From Gammaproteobacteria bacterium (GTDB lineage Bacteria; Pseudomonadota; Gammaproteobacteria; Pseudomonadales; Porticoccaceae): 33,216 nt of DNA. The translations under genes and the position numbers were made by a program. Shown here one piece after another: positions 8,579 through 17,735 of the stretch. Under the pieces are notes generated by a model. That model worked only from the letters and a program-made list of their open reading frames with translations. It searched no databases and was not told where the DNA came from. Within the stretch, counting starts at the first letter, position 1. Every line of letters starts with the position of its first letter. Location: positions 1-33,216 of the forward strand of contig JBJHAZ010000001.1 in assembly GCA_050485225.1 (NCBI GenBank), given 5' to 3'.

Positions 8579-11500
8579 TTCACCCACCCCGGGTGCGCGC
8601 TCCGCAGCTCCGCCCTGCCCCGGCCCGGCACTGACCACCGTTGGTTGGCTCCGCCTGCTTTGGTGGACCTACACCCTGCTGATCGTTTATGGCTCCCTGT
8701 ACCCGATGACCGAATGGGACGGGTCGCAGGGCGGCTTGCAGGCCCTGCTGGACGCCGGTGTCCCCGAGCCCCCGCCCCTGCGGGATGTGGTCATCAATGT
8801 CCTCGTCTACATCCCCTTCGGGCTGTTCTGCACCCTGCTGATACCGGGCCGCCCGCTGATCAGGCTGCTGCTGGCGACCCTGGCGGGGCTGACCCTGTCC
8901 TCGTCGATGGAGCTTGCCCAGACCTGGTTACCGGTACGCATCACCTCCCTCGCCGATATTGCCCTCAATACCACCGGCACGCTGATCGGTTTTGTGATCG
9001 CCGTACTGATTGCAGGCCCGGCCCCATATCGACGGCGGCCACACCCGAGTCCCTGGCTGCACCTCATCGCAAGACTCCAGGGGTACCGCCTGCCCTGCCT
9101 GCTGACGGCAGCACTGATGATCAGCCTTTACGGTGCCGTGGCGCTCCAGAAAACCCCCGACGACACTTCCCTCAAGCGCATCAATCCGGTGGTTTTCAGC
9201 AACCATGTGAACAGCCCCGCAGGCATGTTGGAGCTGCTGATGGTGGTGGCCCTTGTCGCGCTGCTGGCGGTCTGCAGCGCGCCCTTTATCCGCAACTGGG
9301 GTCGCCTGTGGGCCATTTCCACGGCGCTGTTCGTCCTTGCAATGGGTGTGGAGTTGGGCAAAACCACGATTCCCGGCACGACGCCCGACATCACCCTGCC
9401 CATCGTCGCCCTCGTGACCTGGCTGCTGACCGCGCTGTCACCGCTGGCCCATCCCCGACTGCCGTTGTACACGGCAAAAGAAGACCGGGTCAGACACCAC
9501 CATCGCAAAACCACCCTGGCCTTTGCCGGCATCGCCATCGCCCTCGCCACTGGGCTTCTGTTGTGGGTCGGCTCCATGACCGACCCCCTGTACCGCCCGA
9601 AACCCTACCAGCTGCCCCCCGTAGCGGTGCTGCCGTCACCGACGTTTCCCGCTTTCCGGGAAAACCATCCGCGCTTACCTGCTCCCTCGCGGGAGGACAT
9701 CGCCGCGCTCGACCGCGACAACCCCGAGTTCTGGTCGAACCACCAGATCAAAGCTACCCGGGGCGAGCTCTATTCCCGCATCCTGCTCGCCTACACCGGT
9801 CGGGGTGAAATGGATCGCGACCGGTTGCTGGCCGACCTGCTCGCCCTGGAGCCCACGGGTCGCGGGCATCGACAGACGGAACCCCTGGCACTGGCCCTTG
9901 ACTGGCTTCACGATCAATGGACGGCTGACGAACGCGCGCAACTGATAGAGAAAACTCACGCCGCGTGCCAGTACCAGGCGTACCTGATACGGGACCATTA
10001 CCGGCTCTCGCCCTACAATGCCATTCTGTACAACCGCCCCCTGCACGCCCTGATGGCAGCGACCCTGGTGACCCACGGCCACGCGCAGGACGACCGCTGC
10101 ATGCGATTCACCGCCGACTACTGGCGTCATCGTGTCATACCCGTCTGGCGGCAGGTAATGGGCGAAGGCGGTGGCTGGCACGAGGGTGCCGAGTACCTGG
10201 CGGTGGGCCTCGGCCAGGCGGCCTATCAGTTACCGGCCATGTGGCGCCACGCCACCGGCGAGGATCTGTTCCGAGCGGTACCGGGGTTGGCAGGACTGCC
10301 CGACTTCGCCGTCCATCGCAGGCGCCCGGATGGCCTCCAGTCGCGCATGGGCAGCGGCAATCACCTCGACCGAACCATGCCGGATCTGGGCGCGCTGTCC
10401 CTGGAGTTCGGGCACGCCCACGGTTACCGTCTGGCAGCGCCCCCCGCTTCCCCCGAGCCGCTCGCCTATCCCTGGGGACCGCTTTCGACCCCGGAAGCCG
10501 AGCTCGACGACCCACTGCCCGAGCTACCGACCCACGCCCACTTCGACGGCATCGGTCTGCTGACGGCGCGCTCCGACTGGGGCGAGAACGCGTCGTACGT
10601 GACCTTCAAGGCCGGCAACAACTACTGGTCCCACAGCCATCTGGACCAGGGCACCTTCACCGTCTTCAAGGAGGGTGCGCTGGTGATCAACAGCGGTCTC
10701 AGCGGACCCAGCGGGCAGTCCGACCACGTCGTCAACTACACGCGACAATCCATCGCTCACAATGTGGTTACCGTCACCGATCCCGACGACACGGTGCCGA
10801 TGCCACAGCGTGACCCCGGCCTGGCGCCCAGGGCGGTCGCCAACGACGGCGGCCAACGTCGAGTCGGCTCCGGGTGGGGGCTGCCCGCGCCCATGGACCA
10901 TCTGGAGTGGCGCCGTCTCGAGCACATATACCGCACGGTGGGCGATACCCGTCACGGCGCCACCGAGGATGTAGTCTGGAAGGTGGCCGACCTGACGCCG
11001 GCCTATACCAACATCGACTCGGGCAAGGGAGATTTCGCTGCCCGAACCCGCCGTGTCGAGCGCTATCTGCGCACCTTTGTCTACGACGCCCGCAACGAGA
11101 TCATCGTGATTCACGATCGCGTGGCCAGCTCTGATCCGGCTTTCCGGACGCGCTGGCTGCTGCACAGTATCAACGAACCGGCGCTGGCCGAGCGGGGCTT
11201 CCACATACGGGCGACCGACCCGAGCTCGGATCGGCCCGGCGGCCATCTCGAGGGGCGGGTTCTGCTGCCCGCTGATCCGGTGCTCACCACAGTGGGCGGC
11301 CCCGGTTTCGAGTTCTACGTGGACGGCCGGAATTACGACGAACAAGGCATGGTGCAGAGGATCGCTGCGGGTCTGCCCCACGGCGAGATCGGCGCCTGGC
11401 GCCTCGAAATCAGCCCCGAGGCGGATTCAGCCGAAACCGAGTTCCTGGTGGTGATGGGTCTGTCGGGTTCAGGCCAGCAACGACCGATACCCGACCTGAT

Positions 11501-11606
11501 GCTGGACAGTGGGCCGGAGCGGACCCTGCGGATCGGCGGCGAGCATCCACGGGTGTTCGAGCTCCCCGACGACATTGACCCGGTGCGGGTACAGCGCCAG
11601 CCCTGA
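8565..11606 (+). CDS. Large fusion protein: N-terminal VanZ-like domain + additional TM helices + C-terminal alginate-lyase/heparinase II/III-like domain
   Basis: VanZ-like motifs: INVLVYIPFGLF ... SSSMELAQTWLPVRITSLADIALNTTGTLIGF. Several further hydrophobic helices extend to about aa 340. The C-terminus has NYWSHSHLDQGTFTVFKEGALVINSG, typical of the heparinase II/III family. Start trimmed to the first in-frame ATG near the end of prsR (8565), which overlaps prsR by 14 nt. Confidence 0.75.
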
Positions 11607-11614
11607 TCGGCCGG

Positions 11615-12124
11615 CTAGGCCGGCATTCGCTGTGTCAGCTCCTCGGCCAGCGCAGCCACGGCGCGGTCTATCTGCTCGAACACGGTAACGAAACACTGTG
11701 CATCGCCGAAATACGGATCCCGAATGGGCTCCGGATCATCACCCCGGGAAGTCAGGTAGCGACCCAGCAAATCGACCTGTGGCGGCGACCCGGATAACGG
11801 CACCAGCTGTGCCAGTTCCTGCAGGTGACGCGCCTCCATCCCCAACACCAGATCACTGCGATCGACCAGTTTCTGACTGACTTGCCTGGCCCGTATACCG
11901 GTCAGGGAAACACCGGCCTCGGCCGCAAGCCGGATCATGCGACTGTCGGGCTTGCGTCCCGGCGCAGCCACTGCGGTGCCCGCCGATGCGATGCGCACCC
12001 GCCGCGCCAACCCCCGTTGCCGCAGACGCTGCCGGAGCAGGGCTTCGGCCAACGGCGAACGACAGACGTTGGCGGTGCACAGAAAAAGCACGCTCAGAGC
12101 GGGCGGGGAAAAGAACGAGAGCAT
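11615..12124 (-). CDS. Low-molecular-weight protein-tyrosine phosphatase
   Basis: Active-site loop VLFLCTANVCRSPLAEAL (CX5R-S) and a downstream DP motif (IRDPYFGD). Confidence 0.9.
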   Translation of the reverse strand: MLSFFSPPALSVLFLCTANVCRSPLAEALLRQRLRQRGLARRVRIASAGTAVAAPGRKPDSRMIRLAAEAGVSLTGIRARQVSQKLVDRSDLVLGMEARHLQELAQLVPLSGSPPQVDLLGRYLTSRGDDPEPIRDPYFGDAQCFVTVFEQIDRAVAALAEELTQRMPA

Positions 12125-12147
12125 GGCAGATTCGCCGTCGCGCCCGC

Positions 12148-12936
12148 TCAGGGCGCCAGGCCGGCGGTATCCAGCAGTGCCTTCACATGCCGGGCCGGAA
12201 TGGCGTAGGTGATCCCCGACGGGCGCTCCAGCACCGCCTCACGGGACTCCTTCACGAATACACTGTTGACCACGCCGATGACCCGACCGGTGGCCGGATC
12301 GAACACCGGGCTACCGCTGTTACCCGGGTAGGCGGTGGCATCGAGCTGAAACACATCGTAGGGATTGCGCATACGGCGAACCTGCGCTGCCGAGAGCTGA
12401 TTCGAGGACTCCGCCGTGTGGGACACCGGCGTGATGGACGCGACAATGCCCGTGTGGGTCGCCGGATAAAGGCCGAGGACAGCGCCGATGGGATATCCCG
12501 TAAAGGCGATGGAGGCGCCCTCCCGAACGCTGTCAGAATCACCGAGACGGACCACCGGGAGGGGGCCGGAGGTAATGCGCAACAACGCAAGATCGTGCAC
12601 CGGATCCTCGGCCACCACCGTGGCCGGATGCACCATGGCCTGACCACCACGACCGACGAATATCGCCAGGATCTGGTTGTTGTCGCGGTCGAGCTGATCC
12701 GGGATCACATGTCGGTTGGTCACGATGGTACGACCATCGGCCACCACAAAGCCGGTGCCGATCAACCGATTGGGGCTCTGCCCACGGACCGGCTGACGGG
12801 GTGGATAGGCGGTGCCCACACCCACCACCGCGGGGCGAATACCGTCGATCACATCCGGCAGACTCGCCGCCCAGACCACGCTCGGCAGCACGGCAAGCGC
12901 AACCAGCAGCGCCTGTAGTTCCTTCACAATCCGCAT
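12148..12936 (-). CDS. Secreted trypsin-like (S1 family) serine protease
   Basis: Signal peptide MRIVKELQALLVALAVLPSVVWAAS. Catalytic triad contexts TNRHVI, HDLALLRI and GNSGSPVFD. Start trimmed to the ATG at 12934-12936, with GGAG 8 nt upstream. It is 23 nt upstream of the phosphatase gene on the same strand. Confidence 0.85.
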   Translation of the reverse strand: MRIVKELQALLVALAVLPSVVWAASLPDVIDGIRPAVVGVGTAYPPRQPVRGQSPNRLIGTGFVVADGRTIVTNRHVIPDQLDRDNNQILAIFVGRGGQAMVHPATVVAEDPVHDLALLRITSGPLPVVRLGDSDSVREGASIAFTGYPIGAVLGLYPATHTGIVASITPVSHTAESSNQLSAAQVRRMRNPYDVFQLDATAYPGNSGSPVFDPATGRVIGVVNSVFVKESREAVLERPSGITYAIPARHVKALLDTAGLAP

Positions 12937-12954
12937 GTTAGACTCCGCTCTGTC

Positions 12955-12970
12955 TGGCACAGGGCCAGCC
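12955..12970 (+). promoter_or_regulatory. Candidate sigma-54 promoter for the ligase/decarboxylase operon
   Basis: TGGCAC-agggc-cAGCc. The -24 element is perfect and GG-N10-GC spacing is exact, but the -12 element keeps only GC. It lies 66 nt upstream of the ATG at 13036. Confidence 0.4.
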
Positions 12971-13035
12971 CAAGGATACCGCCCCTGCCCGCTCGACCCC
13001 CCAGAGCTGTACCGCCCGAACGGAAGCATTGAGAC

Positions 13036-14634
13036 ATGGCAGAGTTGATACACGACTTTATAGCTCAACGAGCCGCCGAGAACGGTGACTCTACCGCATT
13101 GATGTACAGGGAGGAAACGGTCAGCTATCGGTCGCTCTGGTCACTGGTCACCGGAGTTGCCCATGGCCTTCTGGAGCACAACCTGGGCGCGGGCGAACGA
13201 GTCGCCATTTTTCTGCCCAAACAGACCGAGACCGTGGCCGCCCTGTTCGGCACCGCACGTGCCGGTGGTTGCTTTGTGCCGGTCAACCCCGTGCTCAAGC
13301 CGCGCCAGGTGGCCTACATTCTGGAGCACTGCCAGACGCGAATCCTGATCACCTCCACGCAGCGCTACCAGGCGCTCGGCGAAGCCCTGCGCGACTGCCC
13401 GGCACTGCACACCGTTGTGCTGGTCGACGGCGATGGCAACTCTATACCCGACGACGCTTCGCTCTCGGTCATCGCCTGGCAACGGTTCCTGCGAGCAACA
13501 CCCGCCACCGGCCACCGCCGTATCGATCGCGACATGGCGGCGATTCTGTACACCTCCGGCAGCACCGGGCTCCCGAAGGGGGTCGTGCTGAGTCATCGCA
13601 ACATGGTGGCCGGCGCCGAGAGTGTTGCCCAGTACCTGGGCAACACGGCCGACGACCGTATATTGGCCGTGCTGCCGCTGAGTTTCGATGCCGGCCTGAG
13701 CCAGCTGACCACGGCCTTTTCCCGTGGCGCGGCCGTGGCACTGCTCGACTACCTGCTGCCGAGAGACGTGCTGCGCGCCGTGGTGCGCCACGGCATCACC
13801 GGCCTCACCGCCGTCCCCCCCCTGTGGAACCAGCTGGTTCAGCTCGACTGGCCACCCGAAGCCGCCGCCACCCTGCGTTACATCGCCAATACCGGCGGCG
13901 CCATGCCCGTACCCACCACCCGCGCCCTGCAACAACGGCTTCCCGACACCGACATCTATCTGATGTACGGTCTGACCGAAGCCTTTCGCTCTACCTACCT
14001 GCCGCCCGACCAGGTCGGTGCCCGCCCCACCTCCATCGGCAAGGCGATCCCCAACGCGGAAATCCTGGTGGTCAACGAGCGCGGTGAAATCTGCGGCCCC
14101 AATGAGCCCGGCGAGCTGGTTCACCGCGGTGCGCTGGTCGGACTGGGCTATTGGAACGATCCGGAAAAGACCGCGGAGCGGTTTCGCCCCCTGCCCGGCC
14201 AGGACCCGGCCCTGCCGCTGACCGAGATCGCCGTCTGGTCGGGTGACCGGGTCACCATGGATGAGGACGGCTACCTCTACTTTGTCAGCCGCCAGGACGA
14301 AATGATCAAGACCTCCGGTTACCGTGTCAGCCCCACCGAGGTCGAGGCGGTGGCCTATGCGTCGGGCTTGGTGACCGGAGCCGTTGCCCTGGGTGCCCGG
14401 CATCCCGTGCTGGGGCAGGCCATCGTACTGGTGGTCGCCGCCGCTTCGGCCGAAAGCGACAGGGACAACCTGGCCCACGAGCTGCACAGGTATTGCCAGC
14501 GGGAACTGCCCAATTTCATGGTACCGGCCCGAATCATCGTCGAGGATTCGCTGCCCCACAACCCCAATGGCAAGATCGACCGCAAGACACTGAGCGAACG
14601 CCATGCCAACCAGTTCGAGGAAGGCAACTCATGA
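13036..14634 (+). CDS. Acyl-CoA ligase (AMP-forming), exosortase-A-system-associated type
   Basis: AMP-binding signature ILYTSGSTGLPKGV, plus the adenylate-forming core motifs (TGD...DEDGYLYF..R..D..K..G..V) and a C-terminal NGKIDRK. It is paired with a PLP decarboxylase, as in exosortase A loci. Confidence 0.85.
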   Translation: MAELIHDFIAQRAAENGDSTALMYREETVSYRSLWSLVTGVAHGLLEHNLGAGERVAIFLPKQTETVAALFGTARAGGCFVPVNPVLKPRQVAYILEHCQTRILITSTQRYQALGEALRDCPALHTVVLVDGDGNSIPDDASLSVIAWQRFLRATPATGHRRIDRDMAAILYTSGSTGLPKGVVLSHRNMVAGAESVAQYLGNTADDRILAVLPLSFDAGLSQLTTAFSRGAAVALLDYLLPRDVLRAVVRHGITGLTAVPPLWNQLVQLDWPPEAAATLRYIANTGGAMPVPTTRALQQRLPDTDIYLMYGLTEAFRSTYLPPDQVGARPTSIGKAIPNAEILVVNERGEICGPNEPGELVHRGALVGLGYWNDPEKTAERFRPLPGQDPALPLTEIAVWSGDRVTMDEDGYLYFVSRQDEMIKTSGYRVSPTEVEAVAYASGLVTGAVALGARHPVLGQAIVLVVAAASAESDRDNLAHELHRYCQRELPNFMVPARIIVEDSLPHNPNGKIDRKTLSERHANQFEEGNS

Positions 14635-15896
14635 ACAGCAACACGCCAAGCCGGATCGCAGGTGTCGCCAAAAAGGCCGCCCACTGGTCCGAACACCCTT
14701 TCGAGGTACAGGACAACTGCCTCCAGGTGGCCGGCCAACCGCTTACCGCCATCGCCGAACGGGCCGAAGGGCGCGCTTTCTATGTCTACGACCGCCAGAT
14801 CATGAGCGCACGGGTTGCGTTACTGCGTGAGGCCATGCCCGAATCACTCCACCTGCACTACGCCATCAAGGCCAACCCGATGCCCGAGGTGGTCCAGCAC
14901 ATGGCGCGGTTGACCGACGGACTCGACGTGGCCTCGGCCGCGGAGCTGCGTGTGGCCTCCGCCACGGGTATCGACCCGGCCGGCATCAGTTTTGCCGGAC
15001 CCGGCAAGTCTCGCGAGGATCTGGAAGAAGCGGTGCGTGCCGGGGTCATCATCATCCTGGAATCCACGACCGAGATGTATCGGGTTGCGGAGCTGGCGAC
15101 CGAACTGGATCGACGCCCACCCGTCGCCATCCGCGTCAACCCGGACTTCGAGCTCAAGGCCTCCGGCATGAAGATGGGCGGCGGCCCCAAGCCGTTCGGC
15201 ATCGATGCGGAACAGGTGCCCGATGTTATCCGCACCCTCGGCGAACTCCCGGTCGACTTCGTCGGGCTCCACATCTTCAGCGGATCCCAGAACCTGCTGG
15301 CCGACAGCATCATCGACGCCCACAACAAGACTTTCGATCTCGCCTGGCGCCTGTGCGAATCCGCCGGCGTCCACCTGCGCTGGCTCAACATCGGCGGCGG
15401 TCTTGGAGTGCCCTACTTCCCGGGTGAAAAGCCCCTTGAGCTCGCGGCCATTGCCGACAACCTGGCGGGCCTGCTGGAGGAAAACGACCGCCGCCTTCCG
15501 GATACCGAAGTGGTGATGGAACTCGGGCGTTTCCTGGTCGCCGAGGCTGGCCTCTATGTGTGTCGCGTGACCGACAAGAAACAGTCGCGCGGCCACACCT
15601 ACCTGATCACCAACGGGGGCTTGCACCACCACCTGGCGGCGTCAGGCAATTTCGGCCAGATCATTCGCAAGAACTACCCGGTCGCCATCGGCAACCGGAT
15701 GCAAAGCGCGCAGCGCGAAGTGGTGTCCGTGGTAGGGCCGCTGTGTACGCCACTGGACCTGCTGGCCGACCACATGGAGCTGCCGAGCGCGGAAATCGAT
15801 GACCTGGTGGTGATCTTCCAGTCAGGGGCCTATGGGTACACCGCGAGCCCGCATCAATTTCTCAGCCATCCCGCACCGTTGCAGTTCTGCCTTTGA
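14631..15896 (+). CDS. Pyridoxal-dependent decarboxylase (Orn/DAP/Arg decarboxylase fold), exosortase-A-system-associated type
   Basis: Start trimmed to the ATG at 14631 (MNSNTPSR...), which overlaps the ligase stop as ATGA. HYAIKANP contains the PLP lysine, and the GGGLGVPY glycine-rich loop is present. Confidence 0.85.
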   Translation: MNSNTPSRIAGVAKKAAHWSEHPFEVQDNCLQVAGQPLTAIAERAEGRAFYVYDRQIMSARVALLREAMPESLHLHYAIKANPMPEVVQHMARLTDGLDVASAAELRVASATGIDPAGISFAGPGKSREDLEEAVRAGVIIILESTTEMYRVAELATELDRRPPVAIRVNPDFELKASGMKMGGGPKPFGIDAEQVPDVIRTLGELPVDFVGLHIFSGSQNLLADSIIDAHNKTFDLAWRLCESAGVHLRWLNIGGGLGVPYFPGEKPLELAAIADNLAGLLEENDRRLPDTEVVMELGRFLVAEAGLYVCRVTDKKQSRGHTYLITNGGLHHHLAASGNFGQIIRKNYPVAIGNRMQSAQREVVSVVGPLCTPLDLLADHMELPSAEIDDLVVIFQSGAYGYTASPHQFLSHPAPLQFCL

Positions 15897-16063
15897 CTGT
15901 GCGAAAGTGGACTATAATGGCTTGTTGCAGCGCGCAATAACAACGCATTACCGGCAGCCTGGAACACCGAACCGACGAAAGGATTCACGTCGCCGCCCGA
16001 ACCCGCAAGCACCCAGGCTCAGTTCGAACGGCGACCCAACCACGCGAAAGGAATTCAAGGGAT

Positions 16064-17521
16064 ATGAACACGGGCAAAGGGGTTAGCAGGACCATGTCAT
16101 TCGGCAATTTCATGAACACGACCCGTGTTTTCAACCATCATGTGAACATTGCCTATTCCGTCCTGATCACCGTCGACGCACTGCTCTTTTTCGCCAGTTG
16201 TTACCTGGCGGCCTGGTTCTATTTCCTCCCCCAACCCCAGTCACTCGCCGCCTACCTTTCCGGCCTCGCACCCAAGGCGGCACTGTTTTCGGCCGTGACG
16301 GTTCTCGCACTGTTTTCCATGGGCCTCTATCAGCCCAGGTTGCGAGAGACCGCTGCCGGTGTCGTACTGAGGGTAACCGGTGGCTTTCTGCTCATGACCA
16401 TTGCGATTGCGCTGGTGAATTTTTTCTTCACCGGCTTCGATCTCTGGCGAGGACTGTTTATCTACGCGGCCGGGATCGCCTTTGCCGCCTGTCTGACCAC
16501 CCGCGTGGTCTTTTCCCGCCTGGTCGAGCTCAACCAGCTCAAGCGCAACATCCTGATTCTCGGGGCGGGCAGCGCCGCTGACAACATCGCCAACCGCATG
16601 CGACGAAAAAGCGATCGTCGCGGCTTTCGCGTGCTGGCCTACGCCAATGTCTCGGATTGCGACCCCGGCCCCAAGGACGCACCGGTCATTTATCTGGAGA
16701 AGGGCGCCCTCTTCGACTACGTGCTGACGCACCAGATCCACCAGATCGTAGTGGCCCTCGACGACCACAATGAGGACATCCCGACCGATGAACTGGTGCG
16801 GTGCCGCATCCTTGGGGTTTCCATCATCAACATGCTCGATTTTTTCGAGCAGGAAGCCGGTAAGGTGCTGGTCGATCAAACACCTCCCGAGTGGCTCATT
16901 TTTGCCGGTGCCTTCAAGGGGCAGTCGGCCAACGGGCTGGGGAAGCGAGCCTTTGATGTATTCGCCAGCCTGTGCCTGCTGTCGGTCACCTGGCCTGTTC
17001 TGCTGCTCGCAATACTCGCCATCAAGCTTGAGGATGGCGCCAGGGCACCGGTGTTCTTTCGTCAACGGCGGGTCGGGCTCAACGGGCAGGTCTTCGACGT
17101 ACTGAAACTGCGCAGTATGACCGTGAACGCGGAAGGCGACGGCAAGGCCCGCTGGGCCAAATCCCACGATCCACGCGTCACCCGGGTCGGGACATTCATT
17201 CGCAAGACCCGCATTGACGAGTTGCCCCAGATCATCAATGTACTCCTCGGGCACATGGCGTTCGTCGGCCCGCGACCCGAGCGACCGGAGTTCATCGAGG
17301 AGCTGTCCAGCGCCATCCCCTACTTCAACGAACGCCATTGCGTGAAGCCCGGCATCACCGGCTGGGCACAGTTGAACTACCCCTACGGCAGTTCCATCGA
17401 AGATGCAAAACACAAACTGGAATTCGACCTCTACTACGTCAAGAATCAGAGTCTCTTTCTGGACTTTCTTATTCTGTTGCAGACCGTGGAGGTCATCCTG
17501 TTCGGCAAGGGCGCTCGCTGA
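16064..17521 (+). CDS. Polyprenyl-phosphate sugar phosphotransferase (bacterial sugar transferase, PEP-CTERM/EpsB-type priming enzyme)
   Basis: N-terminal TM helices and a central Rossmann-like region. The C-terminus has ...DELPQIINVLLGHMAFVGPRPERPEF...KPGITGWAQ. The start is uncertain: in-frame ATGs at 16064, 16094 and 16112, with family N-termini usually beginning near TRVFNHHV. Confidence 0.85.
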   Translation: MNTGKGVSRTMSFGNFMNTTRVFNHHVNIAYSVLITVDALLFFASCYLAAWFYFLPQPQSLAAYLSGLAPKAALFSAVTVLALFSMGLYQPRLRETAAGVVLRVTGGFLLMTIAIALVNFFFTGFDLWRGLFIYAAGIAFAACLTTRVVFSRLVELNQLKRNILILGAGSAADNIANRMRRKSDRRGFRVLAYANVSDCDPGPKDAPVIYLEKGALFDYVLTHQIHQIVVALDDHNEDIPTDELVRCRILGVSIINMLDFFEQEAGKVLVDQTPPEWLIFAGAFKGQSANGLGKRAFDVFASLCLLSVTWPVLLLAILAIKLEDGARAPVFFRQRRVGLNGQVFDVLKLRSMTVNAEGDGKARWAKSHDPRVTRVGTFIRKTRIDELPQIINVLLGHMAFVGPRPERPEFIEELSSAIPYFNERHCVKPGITGWAQLNYPYGSSIEDAKHKLEFDLYYVKNQSLFLDFLILLQTVEVILFGKGAR

Positions 17522-17523
17522 CT

Positions 17524-17538
17524 GTCAACAAATTTGAC
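17524..17538. promoter_or_regulatory. Perfect inverted repeat GTCAA-N5-TTGAC (possible activator binding site)
   Basis: GTCAAcaaatTTGAC lies 3 nt after the sugar transferase stop and about 75-90 nt upstream of the sigma-54-like element at 17612. Confidence 0.3.
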
Positions 17539-17611
17539 GCACTGGTGTAACAATCGCGCCACCGAGGCCCCGATCCGCGCCAATCCATTGAATATTATGA
17601 TCTTATTAAAG

Positions 17612-17627
17612 TGGCTTGCTTCTTGCT
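17612..17627 (+). promoter_or_regulatory. Candidate sigma-54 promoter upstream of the small Arg-rich membrane protein
   Basis: TGGCTT-gcttc-TTGCT with exact GG-N10-GC spacing. It is preceded by an AT-rich tract (ccattgaatattatgatcttattaaa). The ATG at 17736 is about 108 nt downstream. Confidence 0.5.
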
Positions 17628-17735
17628 GCAGCGAATAGCCAAGGAAGCCAGATACCGAGCGCGCCGACCGACAGTGGCAGGCCACTCAAAGTGCCCACGA
17701 ACACGAGCACCACTTTGCCGGGATAAGGTCAAGGA

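Noticed and set aside
11607-11614. Very short convergent gaps without hairpins: 11606/11615, 22272/22286 and 31054/31079
   Set aside because: I noted the absence of intrinsic terminators. This is common in high-GC genomes that rely on Rho, and I have no evidence of anything functional.
15893-15918. TTGACT ... TATAAT, a sigma-70-like pair at the end of the decarboxylase gene
   Set aside because: The -10 hexamer is perfect but the spacer is only 14 nt, too short for a standard promoter. I could not support it.
15918-15932. TGGCTTgttgcAGC, a sigma-54-like string upstream of the sugar transferase
   Set aside because: GG to GC spacing is 9 nt rather than the strictly required 10.
17446-17685. 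79-aa reverse-strand ORF spanning the end of the sugar transferase and the AT-rich intergenic region
   Set aside because: It overlaps a well-supported gene end and the candidate promoter, and has no SD or motifs.
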